Shown in pieces: positions 27,301 to 42,859 of a stretch of 64,000 bases of DNA. Positions within the stretch are counted from its first letter, which is position 1. Each line of letters opens with the position of its first letter. A program made the position numbers and the translations under genes. Under the pieces are notes generated by a model. It was not told the DNA's origin, did not search any database, and was given only the letters and a program-made list of their open reading frames with translations. Location of the stretch: assembly GCF_009914755.1 (NCBI RefSeq), contig NC_060937.1; one strand, written 5' to 3'. This stretch comes from the human T2T-CHM13v2.0 reference genome, Homo sapiens.

Positions 27301-27897
27301 ATTCTTCTTAGTGGCTTCACATATTGCTCTGTTTCTAAAGAGTCTTTCTCTCTCTCCCTGTGATCAGCGCAACCTGAAATGGAGGCTCTCAAGTGGGAAA
27401 ATACCATCCCTCCGTGGCAAGTATTGTTGAGGGAAGCCCAGTCTCTACTGTCAGCCTTCTCACGGTACATCTGCTCTGTGACCTGGAGGTGTTACCTGCA
27501 CTTCCAGCTCCAGGAACTGGCTCCTTAAGCCAGAGCTTGGGTTCCCGTCAATAGATCTGGGCTCAAGTCACAGCCCTGCCACCTACTGGCCATGGGATTG
27601 CCTGCAACATATTTAACGCAGGGGTTTTCAACCAGGCTGCCCTGTCTGGGGATTACCAGGGATTGGGCATTTAAAACCCTCCAGGTGACTCTCGTGCACA
27701 GCCGGTGCTGAGAACCTCTGGCTGACCTCTCCAAAGCTTTTTGTTCCTTATGTGTAAAATGGAGGGATCCACTCTTCACCAAGATTTATTCATTGAGCAC
27801 CTTTGTTTTTTTGGCCATCAGCAAAAGCCCCCAATTTCAGTACTACATATCTCCCATGTAACAGTTTGTGATTAGCCGCAAACTAGACCCAAACCTA

Positions 27898-28455
27898 GCT
27901 GATCCGACTGCTGGCCAGTTCTTCCCCCCATTCCACAGCCCTCCATCAACAGCTATCCCAGCTGATCCGACTGCCGGCCAGCTCTTCCCCCCATTCCACA
28001 GCCCTCCATCAACAGATATCCCAGCTGATCCGACTGCCGGCCAGCTCTTCCCACCATTCCACAGCCCTCCATCAACAGACACCCCACTGATCCGACTGCC
28101 GGCCAGCTCTTCCACCATTCCACAGCCCTCCATCAACAGATACCCCACTGATCCGACTGCCGGCCAGCTCTTCCCACCATTCCACAGCCCTCCATCAACA
28201 GATACCCCACTGATCCGACTGCCGGCCAGCTCTTCCCACCATTCCACAGCCCTCCATCAACAGATATCCCAGCTGATCCGACTGCCGGCCAGCTCTTCCC
28301 CCCATTCCACAGCCCTCCATCAACAGATATCCCAGCTGATCCGACTGCCGGCCAGCTCTTCCCCCCATTCCACAGCCCTCCATCAACAGATATCCCAGCT
28401 GATCCGACTGCCGGCCAGCTCTTCCACCATTCCACAGCCCTCCATCAATAGATAT
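27898..28455. repeat. Minisatellite/VNTR, 9 copies of a 61-63 bp unit
   Basis: Unit GCTGATCCGACTGCCGGCCAGCTCTTCCC(A/C)CCATTCCACAGCCCTCCATCAACAGATATCCCA starting at 27898, 27961, 28024, 28086, 28147, 28209, 28272, 28335 and 28398. Confidence 0.97.
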
Positions 28456-28625
28456 TTTCCACACATGGTTGTTCTGAGGATCAACCACGAAACTCCAAGT
28501 ACAATGCCTGGAGCATGAGTCAGTAGCAGTAATATACTTAATTAACTTGAGATTAGAACATTAGAACTAATTCTAATTTACATCTTTCCAGGTATCTTGG
28601 AGCTCAGTACATACATACCTACATA

Positions 28626-28627
<2 letters not shown>

Positions 28628-28662
<35 letters not shown>
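28628..28662. repeat. (CA)n microsatellite
   Basis: Pure AC run. Confidence 0.95.
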
Positions 28663-28665
<3 letters not shown>

Positions 28666-28697
28666 ATATATGAAAAAATAAAGACAAACAGAAATTA

Positions 28698-29045
<348 letters not shown>

Positions 29046-29389
29046 TCAACTTTTCTCAGCCAGGTCTGCGTCAGGTGGTCCTTGGGATCATTACAATGTG
29101 GTCTGTTTGCTGGAGTGGAGGAAGATGATGGCTTCCAGTGGAGCATGCGGGCTTGGAAGTGGTGTGGATGCAGGATGGCTTGAGCCATATCCCGTTTGTC
29201 TCCCTGAAGGTCCCGTTTCAGGAAATCTTTGACTCTTGTTTTGGGGTATTTGAGTGACTTCCTGATATAGTCCCCAAATTCCAGGGCTGTGGCTCCAGGG
29301 GGCCAACTGAGGGCTGTGCATTCTCAGGGTGACAGCCTGAACCACACAGACGTCAGGAAAGCCTTCCTTGAAATCCCTGCCCACTTCCC

Positions 29390-29560
29390 CTCTCCATATC
29401 AGAATCATCTGGAGACTCGTTAAAGCACAAGTGTGGAGGGTTAAAGCAGAGTGTTTGATTCAATACAGCTGTGGCAGTGCCTGAGAAGGCGCATTTCTAA
29501 GTTGTTCTCAGAGGCTGCTGATGCTGCTGGTCCAGGGACCACACTTTGAAAACCACTAGA
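29390..29560. mobile_element. MER5A-like hAT DNA transposon
   Basis: ATCAGAATCATCTGGAG...GCATTTCTAA...GCTGATGCTGCTGGTCCAGGGACCACACTTTGAAAACCACT. Confidence 0.7.
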
Positions 29561-29743
29561 CTAGGGAGAGAGCTGGCATCAATATCTGAGTCTTGTGAGG
29601 CTGCCTCTTGGGGATTCTAACAGTGACTTTGAGGCCTCTAGGCCTGACCTGGTCCATGAACTCTTTGTTCACGTTGGAGGATAGAAGACCACGGGGAGAA
29701 GTAGGAGGAGGAAGTTTGGGCAGATCCACGACCAGGAGTGTAG

Positions 29744-30064
<321 letters not shown>

Positions 30065-30127
30065 TAGTGATCCACCCGCCTCAGCCTCCCAAAGTGCTGG
30101 GATTACAAGCGTGGGCCCCTGTGCCGG

Positions 30128-30165
<38 letters not shown>

Positions 30166-30882
30166 CGGGAGTCTGTCTATGTTGCCCAGGCTGGTCTTGA
30201 ACTCCTGACCTCGAGCCATGCTCCAGCTTCAGCCTCCCAAGTATCTGGGACTACAGGCATTTGCCGCCATGTTGGCTTAGTTACAGAAGTCGTACACGCT
30301 AGGATTGAACATCAAAGTCCAGGGATAAATGCAAGCCTTGAATGCCAAGAAAGTCTTCACAGCAGACAAGGTTCAGAGGCAGCAAAATGTGGGATGGTGA
30401 TGCCAAATGGGAATCACTGCCATGATGAATCCTCAGGCAGAGAAGGACCTGAAATTCTGTGTGCAAAGGTGGTGAAAAGGGAGGTGGGATCCTGAGCTCA
30501 TAGGGTAATAGCTAAAGCCAAAGGCAGAGGTGAAAGACCATAGATGCATTCTGATTGGGCCTGGGGCAGAGGAGCCCAGAGCCCTAGGAAGCAACTCTGG
30601 CCAAGCCATGTGGAAATATCAGTGTGATAGGCGTATGCTTTTTGCCACAGGAAACTTAAAAATAAGTTTTTGTATGATGCTAACTGAGGCAGGTAATTGA
30701 CCTTGAGAAACTGCTTTGGTAAAAAATATCTGATGTCAATGGTTTTTGCACGTTTAGATAGTGAGTCCCCAGGCTGGTCTAAGCCAGCCATTGCTGTGAA
30801 TCTGCTGGTTCTCTTAAGTGTCAACTTCATTCATTTGGAAATCGCATTGTATTCTTCTGCAGTATGGTTAAGAGCAAGTGAG

Positions 30883-31607
<725 letters not shown>

Positions 31608-31642
31608 TCATTACTCATTCAGGCTCGCTTGGACATTTCCAG

Positions 31643-31773
31643 ATCAAATGAGGGCACACTGCTTTAAATGAGAATAGGAGTTATTTTTTGTCTAGGAGTT
31701 ATTTTTTGTTAGGAAAAAAAACTGTACTCTGACTCATCACAATAAAAAACATTTTCAACTTGCTGTTCTTCAA
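31643..31773 (+). repeat. Dispersed direct repeat, copy 1 (about 130 bp; partner at 33399-33527)
   Basis: ATCAAATGAGGGCACAC..CTAGGAGTTATTTTTT..AGGAAAAAA..CTGTAC..CTCATCA..ATTTTCAACT..GCTG.TCTTCAA shared with copy 2. Confidence 0.85.
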
Positions 31774-32305
31774 CCGGTAAATTATTTTTATCGGAGCATC
31801 TTAACATCATTAGGCTAACACATGTGCTCTGAAATTCGCTGGTATCCAGGTCAAAGGAGGTTCACTTCTTTTGCTTGGAGCCTGGGATCTGAATGGTTAG
31901 CATTCTCCATTGACAAGCATGTTTTAGTTCTGTCTTGCGTGTGTTTTCTTCTTAATGGAATTTTAATTGCACTGAAAACTGTGTTGGCTAAAATAAGGCT
32001 CAGGAATGCATATGAAGTCGTAAGGTGAGTAAGTGCACAAATGGAAGAGAAAGTGAAATGCGCAAATGTGAGGCTGCCCATGAACCTGAGAACGGCTGAG
32101 AGGGCCTCGGAATTATATTGAAAGGGCTTTGGAACACAGAGGGAGTTTGCAAATACTCTCTGCAGTACTCCTCAGAGAGATTTTTGAGAGCATTTTTCCT
32201 AATTCAAAAAAGATCCAGAAAGTGAATTTCAGTGTGTTCATTGGGTTAAGTATTCACACGGGCGTTGTTTTGAGAACTTTCTTGGACTAAGCCCACATGA
32301 CTGTC

Positions 32306-32387
32306 GTCACCATGCAAGGGAGTGGCTCTTTGTCCATTGTCAGCCAGTCACCATGCAAGGGAGTGGCTCTTTGTCCATTGTCAGCCA
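32306..32387. repeat. 41-bp perfect tandem duplication
   Basis: GTCACCATGCAAGGGAGTGGCTCTTTGTCCATTGTCAGCCA at 32306 and 32347. Confidence 0.97.
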
Positions 32388-32700
32388 GGTTTTAACGACA
32401 AGATCACATCTCAACCCCCGTGTTGGCATGTGATTCCTTTCTCTTCATCCCAGTCCCTTAATTCTGTCAGGCCTACAAAATTTTTGTGAACGATAACAAC
32501 AAACACAAAAACAAACAAGGGTCCAGGCGCGGTGGCTCATGCCTGTAATCCCAGCACTTTGGGAGGATGAGGCGGGCAGGTTAACTAAGTTCAGGAGTTC
32601 GAGACCAGCCTGGCCAACATGGTGAAACCCCATCTCTACTAAAAAAAACAAAATACAAAAATTAGCGAGGTGTGGTGGTGGGTGCCTGTAGTCCCAGCTA

Positions 32701-32808
<108 letters not shown>

Positions 32809-32940
32809 TTAAAACAAAAACTAAAACAAACAAACAAACAAAAACAAAGAATACTGGCGTTGCCAAGGACATTCAGTGTCTAATCCAGTCTCTGATGGTA
32901 TGGACATTTGGGGCCTGGTTGTTTTTTTACAACCCTAGAA

Positions 32941-33268
32941 CAGCAGTCCCCAACCTTTTTGGCACCAGGGACTGGTTTTGTGGAAGACAATTTTTCCATG
33001 GCGGGGATGGTTTTGGGATGAAACTGTTCCACCTCAGATCATCAGGCATTAGATTCTCATAAGGAGCGCTCAACCTAGATCCCTCACAGGCGCAGTTCAT
33101 AACAGGGTCCGAGCTCCTATGAGAATCTAGTGCGGTGGCTGATCTGACAGGAGGCGGAGCTCAGGCAGGAACACTCACTGGCCCACCACTCACCTCCTGC
33201 CGTGCGGCCCGGCTCCTAACAGGCCACCAACTTGTACCAATCCGCAGCCCGGGCGTTGGGGACCCCTG
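32941..33268. mobile_element. MER1B-like hAT-Charlie DNA transposon, complete
   Basis: Terminal inverted repeats CAGCAGTCCCCAAC / GTTGGGGACCCCTG and an 8-bp TSD CCCTAGAA at 32933-32940 and 33269-33276. Confidence 0.9.
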
Positions 33269-33398
33269 CCCTAGAACATCCCACATGGCTGAATTTACAC
33301 CTTCTCAAAATACGGGATAAACCATTTTGGTGAGATAGGAGCCTTTTCTCTAAGACTTTAGTGTTTAGCCTTTCCCTAGCTCTCTCCAACACTTCCAC

Positions 33399-33527
33399 AT
33401 CAAATGAGGGCACACGGCTTCAAATGAGAAAAGAATTTGACCTCATCTAGGAGTTATTTTTTATAAGGAAAAAACTGTACACTGGCTCATCATAATAAAA
33501 AAATATTTTCAACTCGCTGCTCTTCAA
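33399..33527 (+). repeat. Dispersed direct repeat, copy 2
   Basis: Colinear similarity with 31643-31773. Confidence 0.85.
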
Positions 33528-34499
33528 GGACAAAAGCAAGGGACATCTCTGAATATTAAAGTTACTCCGTTCCTTGAAGGAAGAGCTGAGAAGGCATAGA
33601 GAACTCTACGCTGAGGTCTGATTCACTGTTGCCTTTGTTTGTTTGTTTTTTCTTGAGATAGGATCTGGCTCTGTCACCTAGGCTGGAGCATAGTGGCAGG
33701 ATCTTGGCTCATTGCAACCTCAACCTCTGGGACCCAGGTGATCCTCCCACCTCAGCCTCCTGGGTAACTGGGACTACAGGCATGTACCAACATGCCCTGC
33801 TAATTTTTTGTATTTTTAGTAGAGACAGGGTCTCACCATGTTGCCAGGCTGGTCTTGAACCCTTGGGCTCAAACGATCCTCCTGCCTCAGCCTCACAAAG
33901 TGTTGGGATTATAGGCGTGAGCCGGGCCCACTGTTTCTACTGGGGCCCCAATTCAGTCTTTGCCTACAGGTGGTGGTTGGCATGGAGGAGAGGCTTCGTG
34001 TTTTGTACCTAATCATTGCTACTACCAGTCATCTGATCCGTCCAGGGGTTGCCAAGGGTGCTACTAATTCTGTGGGGTCCCTAGTGTCTCCTTACTGCCC
34101 CAGCCATGCTGCCTGCTGCTCCACCATGGTCAGTTCTGCTGGAGACTTTAATTTGATTTCCCGAGGGTCACTTCCTGTGAAACTCCAACCAGATGCCCAC
34201 AAGGCTGATGCCTGAAGGCCTGGAGCATTCACGTTGGGCAGTGCCTCCCGAACATCGGAAAACCACCTCAGGCCTCTGTCTCATTATTGGCTCTGGGAAG
34301 AGCAGGCTGGAAGGAGGGGCCAGGAAGAGGTGGCAGGAGGGTTGGGCGGGCAGTGGAGGGTTCTAGAGGTGAGAGGGCTCCATGCCACCCTTGGCACACG
34401 GATTTACCTCGGCAGCAGGGAGGACATTGCTCTCACCCAGCCTTGACCCTGGAAGGGTCTTCTCTCTTCCTAGGCAAGAGAGGCTGTTTCTTGCATCGG

Positions 34500-34920
34500 A
34501 AGGAATCAACAAAGACCACTCAAAGGAGCACAAGGAAAAGCAATTTATCCAGAGCTTGCCATAGCAAGGGAGCTGGCCACCATCACTGGCATTTGGCAGA
34601 GACTCAAAGACAGGCATGGGAATGGGGGAGCTTTACCGCTGACATGAGGGATGGCTTCAGGTGTGCCCTGTTGGAGGCTGTTGCCTGGGGAAGCCAGGGG
34701 CAGCTGAATAGCAGTGGGGCAGCCACGTGATTGGTCGGGGGCAAGCTGGCTGATCCTAAGCTAGAAATGGGCACAAACATCAGGGAAGTGGTCCGTTACT
34801 AATCGAGTCCTGGCCATTTGGGGCCCACTATTGGAGGGGTTACTGTTTGGCTTCCTGGGCTGGTGGCTGGATGTGGTGGCCTGGGTCCCACTGGTCTGAT
34901 TCATAGATATCAGGCCACGT
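34500..34920. mobile_element. Probable old ERVL-type LTR fragment (family uncertain)
   Basis: AAAGCAATTTATCCAGAGCTTGCCATAGCAAGGGAG...TTTGGCAGAGACTCAAAG resembles an old LTR consensus as recalled. Confidence 0.35.
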
Positions 34921-35173
34921 CCTGGGCTGGCTGCTACAGCTTTGGGGTCAGAGTTCTATTTTCATGTATGATCTGGCCACGAGCCATCTGTATATTCAGC
35001 CTCTCACCTTCATCTTACTGCACAGGGGTCCTAAAGAAGGATAACAGGGCCGGGCGTGGTGGCTTACGCCTGTAATCCCAACATTTTGGGAGGCTGAGGA
35101 GGGTGGATCACGAGGTCATGAGATCGTGATCATCTTGGCTAATACGGTGAAACCCCGTCTCTACTAAAAATTA

Positions 35174-35517
<344 letters not shown>

Positions 35518-36642
35518 TCACTTTCCTTGGCGGGCGCTGGCCCTGCATGCTGGTATCCTTGCTGCCCTACCCAGCCCTCTCACAATGCTTGGCCCATAAA
35601 GGCCGGAGAGGGCCTCTCCCCAGGCTGCCCTCACCTACGTGCCCAGCTCCAGCACACTTTTTCCTTCTCCACCTCTCCTCCATCCTCCTCTTCTGCCTCC
35701 AACGCTCTGTTCTCAGAGTGTGAGGTCTTGGTGGGCATTGCAAACAAGCAGGCATGTGAATGTGCCCAGGTGATCGGCCTCTCTGAAGAAGATGCTGGTT
35801 GAAGCTAACACAGCTCGCTCATGATAGCTCTGGGCTGTGTGTCTCAGGGAAAGATGCCCAGGTGATTGGTGTCCTGTGCAATGGGAGGGACGCTTTAATT
35901 TAGCTGGCTTGCTGGAGTGAGAGGACAGTGAGCCAGGAGATCTGAAGCCACCCAGAGTGGTGCAATTCATAGGAACCTCGCCACCCACCTGGCCTCTCAG
36001 CCTGGAGACCCAATCAAAGCACGTGGGCTGGCAACAGCCCTTCGTGGGTAACTTACGGAACTCTGTTCCTGTAGATTTGGGCTCAATATTTTGATGCCGA
36101 TAGAGCATGTTCTGCCCACAACACAAAGTCTGTGAGTGAAAAATCGGTGGCTTGGAATCTGGAGAAGAAGCCAGAGCGTGGGGTCTGGCCCCCCTTTGTC
36201 TGATTAACAGAGAAGATTTGCATCTCTGGCCTCGGCCCTGACATGAAGTCTGCATGCCTGGTGCTGCACAAAGTGTTGGCGAAATAGAATTAAAGTTTTT
36301 AAAAATCCACTCCCAGCCCAGAAAACCTCTCCTGAAAGGTAGAGAGGAAGAAGATACTGTTATCATTGAATAAGCATCTAAACCAGAACAAGATGAGCAT
36401 TGCAGGTGACAGCTAAAGGTGTCATGGCTCTGACATTAGGCAGATTTTACAATGTGGAGTCAGGTGATGCTCTAGGTTCTTCTCCTCCCAGGAAAGTGGG
36501 AGACAGGAGGGACGCTCCTGTCCTGGATGATTCCATTGCAAAGAGGGGGCTCCCCCTGGGTCCCCGAGGAAACATTTCTGAGTTGTAAGACTGGCTTATT
36601 TAACCATTAAAAAGACTCACATAGGCCAGGCACGGTGGCTCA

Positions 36643-37102
<460 letters not shown>

Positions 37103-37302
37103 TCAAGCCTGGCACTGACATCACCCACGAAAACTAGCAGGAGTGGCGCAGTTTCCCCCTTCAAATGCTCCCTGCAGCCCAGCGCGAGACCTGGGCTGGG
37201 GGTCCTCATTCATGCTAGGGAACACTTCTCTGGCCAAGGTGGGGACCTGTGAGGGCTTACATCACCTTTCCTTCTCCCCACAGAGCCTAAACGCCTACCC
37301 TC

Positions 37303-38149
37303 TGTTACAGAAAAGGGGTCCTGATCCAGATCCCAAGAGAGGGTTCTTTTATCTCTCGAAAGAAAGAATGATGGGTGAGTCTGTAGTGCACAGCAAAAAT
37401 CGTGCCACTGCACTCCAGCCTGGTGACAGAGTGAGACTCCATCTCAAAATAAATAAATAATTAAATAAATAAGAAAGTAAAGTGGTGAAAGAACAGGCTA
37501 CTCCATAGACAGAGTAGGGCATTCTGGAAAGTAAGAGGAAGAGCGTGTCTGCCCTAGGTACAAGCATGTATATATACGTTGTTTATATATACGTATATAT
37601 ATACATTGTATATATATGCGTATATATACATTGTATATATATGCATATATATACAATGTATATATACATTATATATGCATATATATACAATGTATATATA
37701 CACACATTGTATGTGTATACATATACACATTGTATGTATATATATATACACACATTGTATGTATATATATACACACACATATGTATATGTGTGTGTATAT
37801 ATGTATACGTGTGTGTGTATATATATGACTAAAAAAAGATGATGGGAAGATGTGCTCTTCTACAAGGGTTTGTGATAAAGGATTAATTTCATTTAATTAC
37901 TATATTTTGTAAGAATCAATATTATTAACTTTAAAACAAAATTAGGAATGCCTTTGTTTTCCAGATATTGGATATCTGGACATTCCCAAGTCTGGGTCTG
38001 TCTAGTAAGTATTATCAATCTGTTCCCTTAACCGTAAACTCTAGAGGCTCAGAATGCCTGACTCTCTGGGAAAACAGCCCAGCAAGCCCCAGCCTCATTT
38101 TCCAGCCCTCACTCAAGATGGAGTCGCTGTGGTTCGAATGCCTCTGACA
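37303..38149 (-). mobile_element. MER41-family (ERV1) solo LTR containing an Alu 3' fragment and an expanded (TA)-rich repeat
   Basis: Minus strand starts TGTCAGAGGCATTCGAACCACAGCGACTCCATCTTGA and ends GGGATCTGGATCAGGACCCCTTTTCTGTAACA; 4-bp TSD CCTC at 37299-37302 and 38150-38153. Confidence 0.88.
37566..37826. repeat. Complex (TA)/(CA)/(TG) microsatellite with an internal perfect palindrome
   Basis: Alternating purine-pyrimidine tract; 37620-37667 equals its own reverse complement. Confidence 0.95.
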
Positions 38150-40891
38150 CCTCCACAAGTCTCACGTTTCTCTCTGGTCCTGACTCACCAGATACAGTTT
38201 CTATAATGGAAAATACGAGCACAACCCATGTCAGGTGGTGAGTCAGAGATGTTCAACTGTGACTAAAGAAGCCTGCTCCACGGGTGGCTCGGGCACTGAC
38301 ACCTACGCAGAGGAGGAACCTGCCAGGGAGTCGCGGCTGCTACACGTTGATGTTCTTTTGTTTCCCTTCCAAGTCATCTTTTCCCAATCTAGTCCTTTCT
38401 GGAACTGCAGCCCCTGTCCTCCCTATGGCTTCTGGAGCTCTGAGTGGAGTGGGTGTTCTACTGTTTCTAAAACATTCCCTCAAAGCCTCAGGCATCTATT
38501 TGGTGGGTTTCTAACAAAACAATCAAATGTCAAAAAAAAAAGGCAAATAAATCACAAATTCAAATCCTCTGCCTCCAGACAGGTCATTGCCTGATGTTTT
38601 CAAGGTGGATAACTGCTGGTCTTCTCTTAAATGAAATATCAACATTGCCACATTCTACCGACCATACATTCATTCACTTGTTGATTCCTTTTAACAAAAA
38701 TGTATTGATGGCCAACTCTGCATTGGACACTACTCTAGATGGTATGGATTTAGGATAGATTCTGCCTCTGTATGCCCCAACAGACTGAACAAATGTGGCA
38801 ACCTGTGGGGTTTGAGCCATGCATCCCCAGGGATGCTTAAGTGTTCCTGGCAGTGACCAGGGACCCTTGGGAGTCATTTGCCATGTGGTCTGAATTCTGT
38901 ATCTCTCATATTCCTGAAAACTGTTCAGTGGAAAGACCGGGAAACCTTTGAAAACCTTGAAAAGCATCTGGTAGCAGATAAGGAAGCAAGGAAGTTTCAT
39001 TTAGCCTGTGCATTTGGCCAAAGTCTGTCATTCAGCTTTGTGGTTAGGATTGCCTTTAGAGTGTCTGACAGCAAACTTCATTGCTTTTTTGGACATCCTG
39101 ACCTCATGTACCTAGGTTACCATTAAGTCTAATCAATGTAGTGATGAATGCTGTTCAGGTTAATTATTATACCTGAATACTTGCTTGCAGATATGAGTAA
39201 ATATTCCAGATTAATGTGTAATGAAAACACCCAGAAAACACATTATTTAAGCAATGCACAGGTCTTAGTTTATGGGATTGCTTTGATGAGCTTGTATTTT
39301 TGCCATTGATCAAATCAGTAAGCTCAGGAGTTAAAGAACAAATACATCTTTGCCTTTGTTGCTTGCCACTTGGAGAAGAAAGGAAGCTTAATAACTTGGT
39401 AAACATGATCAACCCCAATGCCTGCCCTGGCAAAGGTAATCCCCCAGAAATCTTGCTCCCCCACTGACTTTATTGGAAAGTGAGTGACAAATCTCACAAA
39501 AATGTGGTTTTGTGGCCACGAAAGAAATTGCTTTTGTGTTGAAACGTCAAAATTTAAAAACTGACTTCTTAAATTCTTGATAACATTGAAATAATAAATA
39601 ATTTTTGATGAAATTTCAGGTTTATTTTTGTAGCCCAGAGGTTTAGTCTTTGATGATTATTTTTGGCTTCAGCATCAGCTGAATATTGAATTTAACACTC
39701 AACCATTCCCATTTGGCCAAAATAAACATTTGATGCACCTGTGGTCACAAAGACCTTCAGGCTGACTCTCCCTCACTCTCCATGACTGGTCTGTGGAGGG
39801 GTTGGGGTGGGGACAATGAAGAACAATGAGGGCAAAGGTCAAGGGGTAAACAAAATAGCTGGAGAAGTTGTGAGCTCAAAAGCTTGTGACATTAGTCTTA
39901 CAGCTTACCCTCCACTAATCTCCTTTTCTTCTAAAGGTAGGGACAGCTGCATTTCTCTTTTGAGCCCAGGGCCCTGGTTGGTACTAGCATTTTAGCACCT
40001 GGACCTCCTCTTGTCCTGCTCCTGGTCTGAGTTCTTTGGTCCAGAGGCCTTGGTCCCTCTAGCACTGGGATCTCGTCTCATGCCCTAAGTCTACCTTTGA
40101 AGCTTTGCGCTCATGGCTCTGCCCCTACTGTCCATTGTCAGGTTCTCTGAAAGAACTTTCCATCTCTCAGAGTCTAAGCCTTGGTCTCACTGCATGGCCC
40201 CTTCCTGTGGCTGTTGGCTGGCTGAGCCCCACTCTCTAGATTGAGAAGGTTCTGCTCCTGTATTGGCTTTCTCTGAAAACCCTGTGGCAAGGGCACAGCT
40301 GCCATATTGATTAAGTGTAGAAGCAGGCTTGGTCAGACTGTTAACGCAAAATACACTGGAATTCAAGAAATCTTTGGAATAAACAGATAAAGGAAGAAAC
40401 ATACATCATAGGTACAGGCATTTTAAAAAATAGCTCTTGTAGCAAGCCAGATAACACCTGGTTTGGAACTGACACTGATGACATCAGTTAATGGGACTGA
40501 GGACCCCATGAGATGCCAGAGCAGGTAATGGGGAGGGGGCAAGCTCACTGCTACAATATCTTACTTCATCTTGATTATATGCCTGGAAGAGATGCTCAGA
40601 AATATTTGCCATAGAATTAAATGAATTGGAAATCCTTTTACGTCTGTCTTTCCAAAGCATGCTGTTAATATTTGATTTAACAATTTACGATGACGTTTTC
40701 ATTTTTCATTCAAAATTTTTACCCTGAAGAAAATCTCAGGCATCAGAAAAATTACAAGACTAGAATAATGAGGCTGGGCTCAGTGGCTCATGCCTGTAAT
40801 CCCAGCATTTTGGGAGGCCGAGCCAGGCAATCCCCTGAGGTCAGGAGTTCAAGATCAGCCTGGTCAACATGGCGAAACCTCGTCTCTACTA

Positions 40892-41065
<174 letters not shown>

Positions 41066-41278
41066 TCATACAATCTTTACCTGAATACACCAATTCTAGC
41101 CATTGTTACATGTTTGCTTTCTTGCTCTCATTCTTTCTTTCTCTTTCTCTCTCTCTCATAGTATAGTATCTCATAAGAACAAAGGCATTCTGTTACCTAA
41201 CTAGAGTACAATTAGTCAGAGTCAGGAGATTGGATAATAACACTCTTCTACTAGCCCAGGCGCAGTGGCTCATGCCTA

Positions 41279-41569
<291 letters not shown>

Positions 41570-42062
41570 CTAACCAACTGTCCAGTAATGTCCTTTAGAA
41601 CATTTCTTTCTGATCCAGGATCTAGCCCAGGATTGTGACTTGTATTTGGTTGTCATGTGTCTTTCCTTTCCTTTATCAAGACCAGTTCCTCAGCCTTTTG
41701 GTTTTGGTCTCCAATTATATATATATATATTTGTCTTTCACGACATTGGCATTTTGTAGGGGTACAGGCCATGTGCTTTGTAGATTATTTCCCCATTTTA
41801 TCTTTGTTTCCTAGTGATTATGATCAGCTTTCTTGATTAGAATCAGGTTGTTCATTTGTGGCAGGGTTTCTACATAAATGATGTTGGATCCTTCTCAGTG
41901 CAATGCATTAGGAGGCATGTGATGTCAGCGTGTCCCATTACTGCTGATCACTCAGGTAAGACAGTACCCTCCCGGTCTCTCCACTACAAAGTTCCCTTTT
42001 TTCCCATTGCAATTAATAAATTAATTGTAGGGATAGGCTTTGAGATACATCCTGTGCCCCAT

Positions 42063-42506
42063 TGTATTAGTCAAGGTTCTCCAGAGAAACAGAACCAATA
42101 GGATGTGTGCATGTGTGCGTGTGTGTGTCCATGTGCGTGTGTGTGTGCGCGTGCACAGAGACAGAGACTGATTTAGTTTAAGTGGCTCCCGCAACTGTGG
42201 AAGCTGTCGAGTCCAAGATTTGCAGAGCTGGCAGGTTGGTGGCCCAGGGAAGAGGAGATGTTGCAGCTTGTGTCTGAAGACAGTCTGAAGGTAGGATTTC
42301 CTTTTTCCTCAGCGGACCTTAGTCTTTCTCTTCAGGCCTTCTGCTGATTGGATGGCCCCCCTCCCCCATTAGGAAGGATAATCTACTTTGCTCAAAGTCT
42401 GCTGATTTAAATGTTTAGCTCATCTAAAAAAGACCTTCACGGCCACATTCTGGTGTTTCAGCAAATATTTAACCCAGCCAAGTTGACACATAAAACTAAG
42501 CATTAC
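42063..42506. mobile_element. MLT2-family (ERVL) LTR
   Basis: TGTATTAGTCAAGGTTCTCCAGAGAAACAGAACCAATAGGA start and CCCAGCCAAGTTGACACATAAAA end, typical of MLT2. Confidence 0.85.
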
Positions 42507-42859
42507 CCCTGTCAAACTTTCACTGTTTCCCAGTGGTATGGTATACACAATTATTACTTTGACGTATATAATTCCAAAGTATTTCATTTTTTAAATATTT
42601 AAATCTTTGCTTCATTTGGAACTTATTCTGAGTGCAGTGTGACCTATGGATCTAACTTCATTTTGCTCCAGGTTAACTATCCTACTTTCCTATCATCGTT
42701 TGTTGAAAAGTCCATGTTTTCTCCCACCAATTTGATATGACAGCTTTATCGAATTCTAAATTCCCATATGATTGCAGTTCATCTGGATCTTTATCTTCCA
42801 TTCCATTTGCTTACTTGTCTTTTCATACACCTGTATTTCCTGTTTTAAGTAAAGAGGAT

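Noticed and set aside
27898-28455. CRISPR-like array or repeat-protein gene
   Set aside because: Units are head-to-tail without unique spacers, frames shift between units and the context is eukaryotic; it is a minisatellite.
35713-36366. 217-aa ORF, the longest non-repeat ORF
   Set aside because: No recognisable domain or family similarity and composition typical of a chance ORF; no supporting splice structure seen.
37545-37842. Tyr/Ile/Cys-rich ORFs on both strands
   Set aside because: Translations of the (TA)n microsatellite.
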